Of a stretch of DNA of 64,000 bases, positions 1 through 41,081 are shown one piece after another (positions within the stretch are counted from its first letter, which is position 1; each line of letters opens with the position of its first letter). The position numbers and the translations under genes are program-made. Under the pieces are notes generated by a model, which did no database searches, was not told where the DNA came from, and worked only from the letters and a program-made list of their open reading frames with translations. The stretch is from Amoebidium appalachense (Eukaryota; Protista; Ichthyosporea), in NCBI GenBank assembly GCA_963693365.1, contig CAVNZM010000013.1, positions 5,570,640 through 5,634,639 of the forward strand. The letters are read 5' to 3'.

Positions 1-139
1 ATGAATAACTTGTTTAAAGCATCTGCTTCTCTCGTTCCTTTCACGGCGAATGAATGCACCTTAACGACACACAGCAGAGGCAGGCACGCACAATCTGCTC
101 ACACACACTCGAACACAAAGTAACGTGTGCGCTACTCAG

Positions 140-253
<114 letters not shown>

Positions 254-316
254 TCACACACAAACTCACACACACACACACACAAGCACCCACCTACTCC
301 CCTCACCCCCCCCTCT

Positions 317-371
<55 letters not shown>

Positions 372-383
372 AGACACACACAC

Positions 384-420
<37 letters not shown>

Positions 421-470
421 ACTCGCCACCTCCCCCCCTCCCCCCCCCCCCCCCCACATACACACACAAG

Positions 471-2334
471 CGGGTGTAGCTCACCAAGTAGCCCGATCCA
501 TAGTCCATTTTTTCAGCGGCAATCAGGCTCCAGCACCATGCAGCGACCCGTCAGATATCGGAGCAATAACATGCATGTTTGGGCAATTCAGAATGATAAT
601 GTGCCCTCTACACGCCACCAAGAAACTACCACAAGGATTGACTGAGAATGAGATATTGATGGTGGACTGTGGTGAAGTGGACGAGATGCTGAGAATAATG
701 GACTCGTTTGTGAAGAGGGGCAGTCCCGAAAGTCCGGTAATTAAGGTGCGTGCTGACCAATGTTTTTTTTTGGCACTAAACGCAGAGGCAGGAAATGTAG
801 TATTTGACACTTGCACAAAAGACATGACAGATACTCTCCAGGATCGTTTTTCGGTGTAAAAGGGGAGTATATGGCCTTCACCGACGAAGGGGAGGAGGAG
901 TGGCTAAGAGAAAACGAGAGATGTGGAGGAGGGGAAAGAGGGGGTTGGAGAAGGTGGAGGGGGGGATGAACGGAACAGAGATTGTGTGTCGGTGTCTGTC
1001 TAAGGGAGAGAGGTGGAGAGAGGAAAGGGGCTCATTGAGGGATTTGGGGTGATGCACTGCCCCCCCCCCTCCCCCCCCCCCCCCCCCCCCTCTCTCCCCC
1101 CCCCCCCCCCCCCCCCCCCCCCGCCCCATACACACACACTTACACACACACACCACCACCACCACCACCACCATCACTACTCTGCCCTCTCTCTGAGCCC
1201 TCCATCACCCCCTAACTTTAACACCCACCCACCCACCCACCCACCTACACACAGACACACACACACACACATACACACACACACACACACGCACAGACAT
1301 TCCCTTTCTTTCTTTCTCCCCCCCCCCCCCCCCCCCCCTCTCTCTATCCATCTCCCCCCCCCCCCCCCCCCCCCCCCCCCACCCTTCCTTTCTCCCGTCT
1401 TTCTCTCTCTTCTCCGATCTCCCCCCCCCCCCCCCCCCCCCCCCCAGCCACCTCTCTCTGTCTCTCTCCCCACCCCTCCCCCCTCCTCTTCTGCTCTCTC
1501 GCACTTTCTCGCTCTCTTTCTTCATCAATCCTTTCTTTCCTCTCATCTCCGGCTCCAATCTAGCTCACTTCCTCTGCCACACTCTCCTCTTCCCCCCCCC
1601 CCCCCCCCCCCCTCCCCCCCCCCCAAACTCCTTCTCGGCAACGGCACACATTCCTTTTCTATTCTTGAGCATGCACTTTGGAAAGCATCTGTCAGTTTTT
1701 CGTGTTAGTGTAGTTGTCATTTGTTTCCTGTATGTTTGTTGTTTGCACCAAATGTCATGTCTCTGTGCTTCCATGGTTGACGATGTTAGTTTTGCAGCAC
1801 ACACTCTGATTTTATGTATCATTTTGTGTGTTACTACCCATTAATGTACACAATCGTTGAGGTGTGTTAAAAAAGAATCGTGGGACTGTAGCCCATGAGG
1901 TCAGCCAAAGGGATAAAAGTGAAAGGTCAGCCAGTTATCGAACCCCCTCCCCCCCCCCCCCCCCCTTTTTTTTTCCCCTTCGCAAAGCAAAAAAAAAAAA
2001 GGGGGGGGGGGGGGGGAAGGGGGGGGGAGGGGGGGGGGGGAGAGGGGGGGGGGGGGGGGGGGAAACAAAACAAAACAAAAAGGAACGAAAAAAACAAAAG
2101 CAAAACACCGACTATGCTGACATACGGCTGTATACCACTACGAGCAGGTGAACAAGCTGGCACTGCAGCGGTTGCAACCATGGAGGGATGACCGGAGAGA
2201 GAGGATGGTATGTGCCCTACTGATGATGCATGCTCCTTCCCCCCCCCCCCCCCCCCCCCCTCCCCTCCCTTCCCTCCGCCGTTCCCTCCCCCCCCCCCCC
2301 TCGCCCCTCCCTTCCTCCCTCTGGGTTCTGTCCC

Positions 2335-2365
<31 letters not shown>

Positions 2366-3207
2366 AAAATAACAAAGGGAAAAAAAGGGGGGGGGGGGGG
2401 GGGGGGGGGAAGGTTTTTTCTTTTTTCTTTGTGTGGTGGTGGTGGTGGTGGTGGGGGGGGGGGGAGGGGAGGAGGTGGAGGGGGGGGAAATTTATAAATA
2501 TGTGTGTTGCTCGGTGTGTACTAATTGATTACCTCGTGTGATGTAACACACATCAAACTTGTGTCCCCACTCACCACAATCCGTGCACACAAATGTTCCT
2601 CCTAAAACAGCATCTAAGTTGGGTTTCGTCAACGAGGTGAATGGGTCGAAACTAGGGTACTGTGGATAGCGTGCCCCCCCCCCACCCCAATAATCTTTGT
2701 GTGGTTTGCATTCTGCATTGTATTGTCCATGGCCAAAATGTACTTCGTACTTTTTGGCGCATTCGAACATCCTCCCCCCCCCCCCCCCCCCCCCCCTCCC
2801 CCCCCCCCCCCCCCCCTCCTCCTCCTCTTCCTACCTACCCTCCTCCCTCCCCTGCTTCACCATTTGAGAATTGAGCAAGAAACGTAGGGTTATAATATGT
2901 GCCGAGTTGAACGTCCCTTTGCAGCCTATGGGCATCCTCATTTAAATCTTATGACTGTGTTTTTTAACGTCAGCCATTAATATTCCTAAAACCCGCACAG
3001 GCTGCTGTCGGAAAATCCCCCCAACCAGCGGAACCCCTCCCCGCGGCACTGACACCGGAGAAGAAAATGTGCGGGCAGTGCGGGAAGGGACCGGAAGACA
3101 AGGTGAAGCTGCAACTGTGTGCGAGGTGTGAGGGGGTGCGATACTGCGGTGTTAATTGCCAAAAGAAACACTGGAAAACACATAAGATTGCTTGCAAGGA
3201 AAAATGA
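471..3207 (+). CDS. MYND zinc-finger protein, 3' part (start lies upstream of the window)
   Basis: Exons 471-853, 2148-2207 and 3001-3207 join in frame at GT..AG introns. The last exon encodes [45 protein letters not shown], a canonical MYND finger. The first two exons are less certain than the last. Confidence 0.75.
2611..2770 (+). mobile_element. Degenerate copy (E) of the hammerhead-bearing repeat family
   Basis: Closely resembles the 5113 copy (GTTGGGTTTCGTCAACGAGGTGAATGGGTCGAAAC) and has the family 3' end TACTTCGTACTTTTTGGCGCATTCGAAC followed by poly-C. The CUGANGA segment is missing. Lies in the MYND gene intron. Confidence 0.7.
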
Positions 3208-3435
3208 GAGGAAAATACGCGTAGAGGTAATCGTGTATGAAGGTGTGAAGGTGGTGAAAAAGGAAGGAAGCGTTGGAAAAATTGGATCGATGGAGGGGGG
3301 GCGGGGGGGGGGGGGGGGGGGGGTGGAGGAGGAGGATTCATGTGTTTGGGGATGCTGGGGATGCTGTAAAAGGTGTTCTTTTTTTTTTTTTTTTTTTTTG
3401 GGGGGGGGGGGGGGGGGGGAGAGAGAGGGGGGGGG

Positions 3436-3560
3436 GGGGATAAGGATGATTAAGAATTTAAAAGAGAGAGAGGGGAGAGGGGATAAGGATGATTAAGAAT
3501 TTAGAAGAGAGAGAGGGGGGAGGGGGGGGGGGGGATAAGGATGACCAAGAATATTGAAGA
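3436..3560. repeat. Three imperfect copies of GGGGATAAGGATGATTAAGAATTTA
   Basis: Direct repeats near 3436, 3480 and 3531, downstream of the MYND stop codon. Confidence 0.7.
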
Positions 3561-4340
3561 GAATGCAAGTACGGCAGTTGAGAACCAAGTGTGTAAATTG
3601 AAAAAATCACTCAGGAAACGGGTGTAAGTCTGGGAGAGCTGGGACAAATGATACCTGCTTTCTCGGTATGTTTTTACGCGTAGGGTACATACATACACGG
3701 ATGGGCACGTGTGCGTGTTTGTCTGTATGTTCTCATATCTTTAAATCCGAAAGGGTTTAAATGCTATTATGTGTACGCATGATTGCAGTTATATATGCTG
3801 TGGCACACGTATGTGTATATGGAGTGTCTGCCACGGTGTATGGCACATGCGTTTCGTTCTGTTCGTTTTTTTGTATATACCATGTATGCTTCTCCAAGTC
3901 GCAGCAGTAGGCTCCCCCGGGTAGGGGTTAAGTTTTGATTTATTTTATTTTTAAATTGGTTTATTTTTATTTTTTTTATATTTATTTTTATTCTTATATA
4001 ATCATTTTTGGGAGGGGCGGGGTTGGGGGGGGGGGGGGGGGGGGGTTGATTGCGGATGCAGAAGTTGCCATTTATATGGTATTGCGAAAACCTTCAATGT
4101 TGCTGTTGTTATCATATGTTTATGTAAACACAAATCTTGGTTAATAAGTTGCCCCCATCGAGCCGATGTAATTATTTGATACTCGTGATTTAGTATTGTA
4201 GCCACTTTATTATAGATCATCTGCGCTGAAGCGCAGGCAATGATAATTTACTGCTGGTGCAGCAAGCACAGGCTTTGCAGATCCAAAATTTGTTGTATCC
4301 CCCCCCCCCCCCCCCCCCCCACATACACACACCAACCCAT

Positions 4341-4378
<38 letters not shown>

Positions 4379-5112
4379 ACACACACAAAACCAAACGTGC
4401 ACACACTCACACACACACCAATTGCAAGAACACGAAAACGAATTGAAAAAGAAAAAGAAGACCAAAAAGAAGAAGGTTGGAGAAAAAAGGGGGGGGGGGG
4501 GGGGGGGGGGAGGGAGGAGGTGCTGAGGAGAGGGCAATCATGGAACAAAGAAAAGGAATATTCACACATTAAAAGTATCATGAAAAACCAACAAAAGATC
4601 CCCCCTCCCCCCCCCCCCCCCCAAAAAAAAAAAAACAAAAACAAAAAAAACATGTACATATGCAGTAATATATGATTACGGCCTATTATGATCATGGCAT
4701 ATCATACGTACACTCATACGTGTGGCACACCCAGATCACGCACACACTAAAACACACACATACACGCGCGCGCACGCACACACACACACAGCTAGAGAGA
4801 GTGAGAGAGACTGTGACACCCACACACAAACGCACACACCGGCACACACCATACGCACGCACATACTGTGACCCACACACATGTAAAGACTGTGACACGC
4901 ACACACACACACACATGTGCACCCCGGCCCACACACACACAAGTGCACACACGCACACTTAGATGCACACGCACACACATGCCGACACATGCGGGCACAC
5001 ACACACACCACACTGTACTCACACAAGTGCACACACATTCTGAATCATTCACTCACTCACTCAGACTCACAGAGATCTCATATCCGACAAGGCTTTGCTA
5101 CAAATTCCCCCC

Positions 5113-5287
5113 TATCTGAGTTGGGTTTCGTTAACGAGGTGAATAGGTCGAAACTCGGGTACTGTGGATGACGTGGGCCCCCCCTGAGGATGGGCTCTGC
5201 TTATTATGCATACTCTTTATGTATGGCTTGCATTCTGCATCGTGTTATCCGTTTGTTCTTGTGTACTTCGTACTTTTTGACGCATTC

Positions 5288-5290
<3 letters not shown>
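5113..5290 (+). mobile_element. Copy C of the hammerhead-bearing repeat family
   Basis: TATCTGAG-TT-GGG (5113-5125), GGTC-GAAA-CTCGGGTA (5146-5161), CCC-CTGAGGA-TGGGCTC (5181-5197), then the family 3' end TACTTCGTAC..CGCATTCAAC and a long poly-C. Confidence 0.75.
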
Positions 5291-5343
<53 letters not shown>

Positions 5344-5904
5344 ACATCCTGGCACGTACTGACGGTGCCTGGGCTGCTATGAACTTGCCGTTCGCCTCAC
5401 ATTTTTCCTTACACTCTCGCGACCGCGTGCATGCTTTCTCTCGCGGCGGCTCTACGGTCCCGAGAGTCCAGTGTTCGCTGTGTGTGTAAGGAAAAATACG
5501 AGTCACCTCACCCCCGACTTGTGTCACTTTCAGAGGGCCGTGCTTGTGTGCCCCCCCCCCCCCCCCCCCCCCGGCCCCCATCCGAGGAACTTGGATTGTG
5601 ATAGCCTAATCCCCATATAAGGCTAAAATCTTGCGCAAATGTTTCTTTGGTGAGCCAATCAGCCGTTTCTGCGCAGGACAAAAAACAAAACGGCAGAGCT
5701 CGAAGACTCCAAGGAACAGAACAAAATTTACAAAAAGCGAATGCGAGGAGGGGCTTCGCAGCCTGGAGTAAGGAACACATCCTATTATTATGCACTGGAT
5801 GCTGGCTTCTATTGAGGTTATTTAGCATGCAGGGTCGGTATGTTCTAGCACCATTATTCTCCAACTTTCATCCCTTCCAGTAGGCGCGAAACACACTTAG
5901 ACCC

Positions 5905-18240
<12,336 letters not shown>

Positions 18241-18731
18241 AGGTGTTGGCATGTTTTTATGCCCGGCATATAATGCACGCATATGTAATGCTTTATATAT
18301 GTAGGGGTGTGGGCATGTGTGGCCACGGTGAACGGTTATGTTCTAATCAATCATGTGTGTTGTTAACACGTTTTGCTCATGTATATCATGTGTATTGCCT
18401 TTTAGGCTCGAAATTATGTGTGGTGACACCTGTTGTGGCTTCACAGCCCTGTTTGTTTCGCTGCAACTCACCCGGATCCTGCACATTGTCAAGCAGTTTC
18501 AGTGTGGCTCACATGTTGCAACGTGAATGACTGTAGCGGTCACTTCAGGCTAGATATGGGGTGTGTGGTTGCATGATGTACGTGTCAGTGTGCCGAACCT
18601 CTCACCCAACCTTGTATTTTTTCACTAATTTCTGAAGGGTGTGCATGGTCAATGAATAACACAGGCATCACCACGTGCACACCCCTAGAGCTACGCATAC
18701 TCACGCACAGGCACGTTTAATCATCGACAAG

Positions 18732-18778
<47 letters not shown>

Positions 18779-19176
18779 ACACACACACACAACACACACT
18801 CATCAGACACATTAGCACCTCGATCAGAAGCCTAGTATATATTAGGTTGTAAGGCCAGGGATTCTCAATCACTCGCCTGCTTTAAAGAAATCTGCACGGG
18901 CAGAGAAGACCAAAAATAGGCCTGCTGGTCAGGCCATAATAATTGTTAAAGATCTTGACTTTCTTTTGGGATTTATTCTTGTTTTCTTCTCTACCTAGCT
19001 AGGCCACGTTTACACACCCATGGGTACCATGATTAATACTTTATATATAAAGCCATGTGTGGGTACTCGGTACCCAAATATGGCTCTTAAATCTCGACAT
19101 TCGAATGTCAGGAACAGTGCTTTCAATATTCATGCATTCACAGATTGACATGATGATAATGATAATGATATATGCA

Positions 19177-19211
<35 letters not shown>

Positions 19212-19463
19212 CCAACCAAAAAAAAAAAAAAAAAAAAATCCCCCCCCCCCCCCCCCCCTCCCTCCATCCCTACCCATCTCTCCATACACCATGCGCCCTG
19301 AACGCATGAAACACGAACATGCACGCACGCAATGCGCACACGCACACACACGTCCATCACACCCTGCACGCACCCCGCACACGTGCGCATATCCAGTTTC
19401 CGGTCATATCCGAAGAAGATCCGTCCAACAGGTGAAACCACATCACGCAGTGCTCCACTCAGA

Positions 19464-33242
<13,779 letters not shown>

Positions 33243-33310
33243 CCACCCCCGCTCTTCGCCAACACCTACCGACGCTGTGCCGTGCGCTGTTTCCCGCCGT
33301 GTCTGCGAGA

Positions 33311-33645
33311 ATGTTGAGCACCGGCCTCCTTCAGAGTGGAAAGGTGTGTATGCGTGTATGTCTGACTGAAATTGCAGGCGGCATTCCCCCCCCCCCCCCC
33401 CCCTGGCCCGCTGCGCCTCTGCCTACATGGCCCCAGACCCCATTTTCTGTTTCTCCCTCTCCCCACTAACACCTCAAGCCCCTTCTCCCACCTCTTGCCT
33501 CGTCCCCTTCTCACACGTTCATTCTAAGTCCCTTTAACTCTCCCATACAGCCCTGCCTGTGTTCCTTATCCCCACCTCCCCCTCCCCAACCCTTTACCCC
33601 CCCCCACCTCCTCTCCCCCGTCATGCCGCCTGACACACGCACACG

Positions 33646-33702
<57 letters not shown>

Positions 33703-34134
33703 TCTTCCCGTGATTCTGTTTTATACAGCATCGCCTCCTCCTTCTTTTTCTGATTCTCTTGCATTCACCAGCTCCGGTGTACCGTTTACTTCAAACATAC
33801 CCCCTTCCCCTCCTCCCCTTCCCCCCCCCCCCCCCCCCCTCGGTTGCTGCCCTGCCCCGCCGTTGCTGCTATTTCTGTCGGGCTCTTTTACTCTCAGTCA
33901 TCTTAACGCTTTGTTTCACACAGACTAACTTTCAACTACCCTCTGTCCGACAAAAGGCATGAATTGCATAGGTCCTGTCATTCCCCCCCCCCCTTCCCCC
34001 CCTCCCCCCTTTGGGCTACCAATTTCCAGAACGGCTTGCTAACATTGTGTAGGCTTGTGCCCCTCCCCCCCCCCTCCCCCCCTCTCTCCCCCCCCTCCCC
34101 TCCCCCCCCCTCTCTCCCCCCCCTCCCCTCCCCA

Positions 34135-34175
<41 letters not shown>

Positions 34176-35521
34176 CCACCACCACCACCACCACCACCAC
34201 CATTTACTACATCTACACACACAGAGAGAGACACCCACCCACTTTTTTTTTTTTCACCGCACCCAAATGTTACGTCCCCCCCCTCGCCCCCTCTCTTTCT
34301 CTCACTCTCCCTTCTACCCCCCCGGATATACACACACGAAACCCCACAACCTACCCCGTATTTTCTTCGGCCGTTCTGTCCTGCTTTTACATGATTGCTT
34401 CTGTTGTATTCCCTCTCTGTATATGGCGGCTGCAAGTCGCATATGTCCGACACCGTCATCTGTCGTCTGCTACCTAATCACCTCCCTCCTTACCCCGCCT
34501 GCCTACCCCCCACCCCCCCACACACACACACACACACACACCTCTGTCCCCCTCCTCGTTCCCTTATCACCCCCAAACTCCCCCCCGGCTTCCTTTCCAC
34601 CCTCTCGTCCCCCTCCTTACCCCATCCCTTCCTTTTCCCCACTTGCCCCCTCCCACCCCCCTCCTTCTCATGTTGGCCGTTAGCAATGTGTACTCTGTTG
34701 TCTGTAACATACTAACCCCCCTCCCCTCTCCCCGCCTCCCCTCCCCTCCCCTACCCTACCCACCACCACCCATCCCACCCAATCTCCCTGCCCCCCTCCC
34801 CCCCCCCCCCTCCCCCCTCCCCCCACCACACTTTCTCTATACACACACGCATAGTCCTACATCAACGGACAATGGGTGGGAGCCAAGAGTGGTGCGGTGT
34901 TTGGGGTGGTCAACCCGGCAACCAATGAGACGCTGATAGATGTGCCCGATATGGGCGGGGAGGAGACCAGGGATGCCATTGCTGCTGCAAAGAACGCATT
35001 CCCTGCGTGGAGGAAGAAGACGGCTAAGGTGGGTGTTTACTTGTTTTTTTTCAGTTGTGTTAATTTTTTTGTTCGGGGGGGGGGAGGGGGGGGGGGGGGG
35101 GGTGTGATCATAGTGTTGTGCGTTTGGGGCGGGGCTGTGTGTGTGTAAAGGGCCGGGGGGGAGCATGGGGGGGAGGGGGGGGGGGGGGGGGAAGGAGGGA
35201 TTGGCGAGTGTGCGTGTACGTAGGGGCCAGGGAGGGAGGGGCGGAGGGCAGGGGGGAAACTTTTTCCCTTTGAAATAACGGGAAAATACCCTTGCAGGAG
35301 CGCAGTGTTCTACTCCGTGCCTGGTTTGATGCCATTATGGCAAACAAGGAGGAGCTGGCAAAGCTCATCACTCAGGTGGGTTTAATGTTAAAACTCTGAA
35401 GGATTTTGGTGACCATTAATAAGTAATAGGCTCTATCTAGTTCTCCAACCCTATCTCACTTTCCCTCCCTCCCCGCCCTCTTGCCCTCTTCCTCCCGCTC
35501 GCCCTCTCACTCCCCCCCCCC

Positions 35522-35552
<31 letters not shown>

Positions 35553-35560
35553 CCCCCCCA

Positions 35561-35597
<37 letters not shown>

Positions 35598-35914
35598 CCC
35601 CCCCCCCCCCCCCCCCCCCTCTCCGTCTCCTCCTTCTCCTCTCTCTCTCTCCTCCCTCCCATACCACCCTCGCCTCGTGTGATTTCCGGATATGCATTTG
35701 GGCAAAGTAGCGGAAGCACCCCCACCCCTTTCCTCCTCCAACAAAACAAAAGTAAAAAAGGAAGGGACACCAAGAAAAAGAAGAAGAAGAAGAGAGAAAA
35801 AGAAGGGAAAGAGAATTTTGAACCCCTGATTCGCCTGGCCTTTGTTCGGGGGCTGGGTTGTGACATAACAATACTGAAAACGGGAGGGGCGCAGTAATGT
35901 CAAATAGAATGCCG

Positions 35915-35968
<54 letters not shown>

Positions 35969-36292
35969 GGAGGGGGGAGGCGGCCAAGCAATGGAAGGCA
36001 ATCGATAAGGGGATTAGCAATGTGTTGCGAACAGACCGACTGATTTTAAAATTTAACAGGAGATGGGCAAGCCCCTGGATGAGGCTCGTGGGGAGGTTGT
36101 CTACGGGGCCAGCTTTGTGGAGTGGTTTGCTGAGGAGGCTAAGGTGGGTGGGTGTGCTTGAAGAGGGAGGGGGTGAGGTGTGTGTGGGGGGGCCAGGGGG
36201 GGGGGGGGGGGTTAGGGCATCCTTTATGTATGTGTCTCGGTGTGTTGCCCAGTTCCTGTGTGTGGGGTAAAGCAGGAGGGGGCAGGGGTGTT

Positions 36293-36323
<31 letters not shown>

Positions 36324-37575
36324 GGGGGGAGGTCTATTGACACGACATGCTGGGAGATATACGGAGGGGTTTTCCATATGGAAAATGCGTGTGCTGGGAA
36401 GACTTTCGATGATATGGGGCCGGGGGAAAAGAGGGGAGGGGGGGGGGGGGGAGGGGGGAGGTTGTGTTTTATGCTTAAGTAGGGCCCAAGATGTTTCCTG
36501 CACTCCTACAAGAGGAGATGTTATGATTAACATTTGAATTTGAGTTGAGTTTCTTGATTTTTGTTTGTCATTTTTAAATCTTTTTGTTTTTATTTTTGAG
36601 TACTTTTCCTTTTTCGTGGGTGGGTGGGTAGGTGGGTGATGGTGGGGGTGGGGGGAAGGGAGGGGCTTTGGATGAGATAGCTGCACCACGCTGACTTTTG
36701 ATTGGTGCAGAGGGCATACGGTGACGTCATCCCCGGCAATGCCCCAGGCAAGCGCATTGCAGTCATCAAGCAGCCCATCGGTGTCTGCGGTCTCATCACC
36801 CCCGTATGTGGAACAGAACCTCCCCCCCCCCCCCCCTCCCCCCCCCCCCCCCCCCTCTCCCCCTCCCCCCCTTCTCTCACCTCCTGAAACACACAAATAC
36901 ACACACATCACACGTACACAGACACATACTTGCCTCTGCCCTTTCATCAACGTCCCCCCTCCTCCTGCTCTTGATGTCTGATGTGTGCGAGCGTGCACGT
37001 GTGTGTACGTGGCTGTGCGCATGTGTGTGGCTCTCCGTATCTCTATCCATTGATTACTTCGATACAAGGATGTTTCACGGATTTGCCCTTTTCCTCTCGG
37101 ATATTTGCTTCTAATTGGGTTGTTGTCACAGTGGAATTTCCCAATCGGCATGGCCACCCGCAAGATTGCGCCTGCGCTTGCAGCCGGCTGCACGGTGGTG
37201 GTCAAGCCGTCCGAGGATGCACCCCTCACGACACTGGCTGTGGCTGCACTGGCAGGTGGGTGCGCGGGTGTATGTGTTTGGGGAGAGGGAGAGGGAGGGA
37301 GGGATTGGGTTGGAAGCGGTACCCAGGGGGGGAGAGGGAGGGGAGGGGGGGGGGGGGGGGGGTGGAGTCGAAGTGAGAGGATGGGGGTTTGGTGCGGTGG
37401 ATTGTGCGACAGGCCCTGGTTTGTGTAGTGTGTTGGGTTGCTTGCATGCCAAAAGGTTGTGCATGGCAAGGGGGAAGGGGGGATATTTATACTTTCCGTT
37501 TCTTCATCAGTTACCCATACCGTCATCTCACCACCCCCTCCCCCCCCCCCCCCCCTCCCCGCCCCTCCCCACAAC

Positions 37576-37641
<66 letters not shown>

Positions 37642-38737
37642 TACACTTTCGCATGCAGAGAAAGTCGGGATTCCTGCCGGTGTGATCAACATCATCACCG
37701 GGTCACGCAAGAATGTTGCCGACATTGGCAAGGAGCTGACCACCCACCCGGATGTGGCCAAGGTGTCTTTCACTGGATCTACGGCCGTGGGCAAATTACT
37801 GCTTGCACAGGTGGGTTTTTTAACGCTAAAAAATATATTTTAATGGTTTGATTTCTGGATTGGTCTGGCCCTGATTGGGCTTACAGTTTCGGGCAAACTG
37901 CTGCTTGCACAGGTTTTTTTTTAACGGTATATTTTAATGGTTTGATATCTGGATTATCTTTTCCTGGCTGGGTTTATTGGGAGGACTACTCCTTGCAGAT
38001 GGGTTTTTAAGTTTATGGAATAAAAATCTTTAAAATATAGTTTCGGGCTTTCATTGTTCATTTCATGGGCTTGAACTTGGCTTGTTAATGATGTTGAAAT
38101 ATATTTATCCAATGAATGAAGAATTGGAATTATAATAGTCATTGTGATTGGAAATTATAGTAACTTATGGGATGTGTTTGGAGAGTTTAAAAGAATCGAT
38201 CCGACTAACCAAATATGGGAGTATAGGGCGCATCGACGGTCAAGCGGATCACCCTTGAGCTGGGTGGCAATGCCCCGTTTATTGTCTTTGATGATGCTTA
38301 TCTTGGTATGTGTCGATCGATCCCCCCCCCCCCCCCCCCCCCCCCTCCTCCTCCTCTCAGCCCTGGACCTTTCCCCTTTTCCCGCTTTTACCCACCACCA
38401 CTCTACACAGTGACACACACACACACACACACACATACACACACACACACACACACTTCGCAACAAACATTCACACAACGGCCCTCGCTCGCACACCTTG
38501 CACACACTTAGGGTATTGTGTCTGCTTTCGGTCTCTCACTTTCTTCCTCCTAACTCCCCTCCCCCCCCCCCCCCCTCCCCCCCCCCCCCCCCCTCCCCCT
38601 CCCCCCACCACCCACCCCCCCACCCCCACCACCAAAAAAAAAAAAAAAAAAAAAAAAAAAGAAAAAGAATCTCTCCTCGCTGCCCGTTTTCTTATGTGGT
38701 AGAGAGCAGGCGGATGGGAATGGGGGCTAGGAGGGGG

Positions 38738-38776
<39 letters not shown>

Positions 38777-40036
38777 GGGTAAGCGCACCACTACACGTGA
38801 AGGAGAGATTGAGAAAAGTTGTTTGGGGATAGGATGGAAATGATAACTAAAAAACATGAAATTACTGGCAGCATCTAATTGGATTCCCCTTCCTCCGCCA
38901 CAGATGCTGCCGTGAAGGGTCTTATGGCAAGCAAATTCCGCAACACGGGGCAGACTTGTGTGTGCGCAAACCGAATTTACGTGCAGGAGGGGGTCTATGC
39001 CCAATTTGCGGAGAAGCTCGTGGCTGCTGTGCAACAGCTGAAGGGTATGGCTCCCCCCTTTTTCACACCTCCCCTCTCTTCCTTCTCCCCCCTCGTCACC
39101 GCCCATCTCCCTCCCCCTCCCTCCCCCCCCCCAAACACACACACACACACACACACAGAGAGATAGGGAGAGAGAAAGAGAGAGAGAGAGCGAGAGAGAG
39201 ACCGCACCAACCTACCCCATCACCTCTCCCTATCACACACGCGTGCCTCCTCACGTAAGCAGGCACAGACACACGGGCACACTCAAAAAAGAGAAGGTGA
39301 AAAAACATGCACCACACACCACGCACCCCACTCACGCAACGCATGACCCTGATTTGTAACTCACCTAAGCCCCTTTTTTCTTTGCGTTCATTTCGCGAGC
39401 CACATACACGCACACACAACATGCGTAGACAAATGTGCAGCCCACCCCCCGTACATGTACCCACACATGCGCGTGCGCTCGCACACACCAAAGCACACAA
39501 GTATACATACACAAATGTACACGCTTGTGTGCAAACACACTCACATATCGACAAACATGCGTACACACACACACACACACACGTACACTCACATACAAGT
39601 ACACACACACACACACGTACACGCGTACACACGTACACACACGCACACGTACAGTGGGCAACGGTATGGAATCAGGGGTGACGCAAGGTCCTCTGATCAA
39701 CGCCGCCGCCCTTTCAAAGGTCGAATCCCACGTGAAAGACGCAACATCAAAGGGTGCACGTGTTCTGATTGGTGGAAAACCGCATTCCAATGGTGGTCTA
39801 TTCTACGAACCCACCGTCCTGGCCGATATTACCCCCGAGATGGCCGTAAACACGCAGGAGACTTTCGGTCCCGTGGCACCCCTAATTCCGTTCAAGACTG
39901 AGGAGGAGGTTATTAAGGTGAGTACAGGACGTTTGCTTTTAGCACATCATTCATGATATTACCCCCCTCCCCCCCCCCCCCCCCCCCCCCCCCACCGCCT
40001 CCACACATAAGGGAGATGGGGGGGGGGGGGGGGGGG

Positions 40037-40092
<56 letters not shown>

Positions 40093-40136
40093 AAGGGAGG
40101 GGGAAAGGGAGGGGAAGCGGAGGTTTGGTGGTGGTT

Positions 40137-40171
<35 letters not shown>

Positions 40172-40534
40172 ATACTTTTCTTACCGTTTACAGAACTTAT
40201 GACAGGCTACACACACACGTGCCTGTGTGCACACACACACACACAAAAAAAAACCTTGCTCCTACTTGCATGGACGTGGATGAAAAAGAAAATTCACATG
40301 CCCGCACACATCACACCTACACATACACGGGCATTTCTATCGTGCCTCCCCCGCTCCACCCACATACAAGTGTGCACACAAACACGAGTTCGTGTACTCA
40401 CGGATCTTTCCCGACACACACACACGCGCGCGTGCGCGCGCGCGCGCGCGCATAACGCATACGTAGCCAGCCCCCCCCCCCCCCCCCCCCCAACTCCCCC
40501 TGCACGTCCACCCGTCCTCATTCCCCCCCCCCCC

Positions 40535-40567
<33 letters not shown>

Positions 40568-40615
40568 ACACACCCCACCCAACCCCTCCCCCTCCCCCTA
40601 CCCCCCCCCCCCCCC

Positions 40616-40646
<31 letters not shown>

Positions 40647-41049
40647 CAAACGCCGTGAGTGTAGGTCTAGCGGGCTACTTCTACAGCCAAAACCTTCGTC
40701 GTGCCTACCGTGTAGCCGAGGCCCTGGAGGTTGGGATGGTCGGAATTAACGATGGAATAATCAGCACTGAGGTGGCACCCTTTGGGGGGTGGAAGGAGAG
40801 CGGTCTTGGAAGGGAGGGCTCTAAGTATGGCATGGATGCTTATATGGAGATCAAGTAAGTATATTACTGACCACACCCCCTAACCCCTCCCCCCCCCCCT
40901 CCCCCCCCCCCCCCTCTCCCTCCTCTTCCCCCCTCCCCCCCCCCTCTCTGTTCCCCCTTCTGCCTTTTTGTTCCCTTTTACCGATTCTCCCCTACTTCCC
41001 GACACACCGATATCCCTGCCGTTTTGTTCCCCTCCAAGATCCCCCCCCT

Positions 41050-41081
<32 letters not shown>

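Noticed and set aside
857-1050. Frame continuing through three TAA codons (possible stop-codon reassignment)
   Set aside because: A phase-0 GT donor at 854 explains it as intron. TAA, TAG and TGA all serve as normal stops in other genes here.
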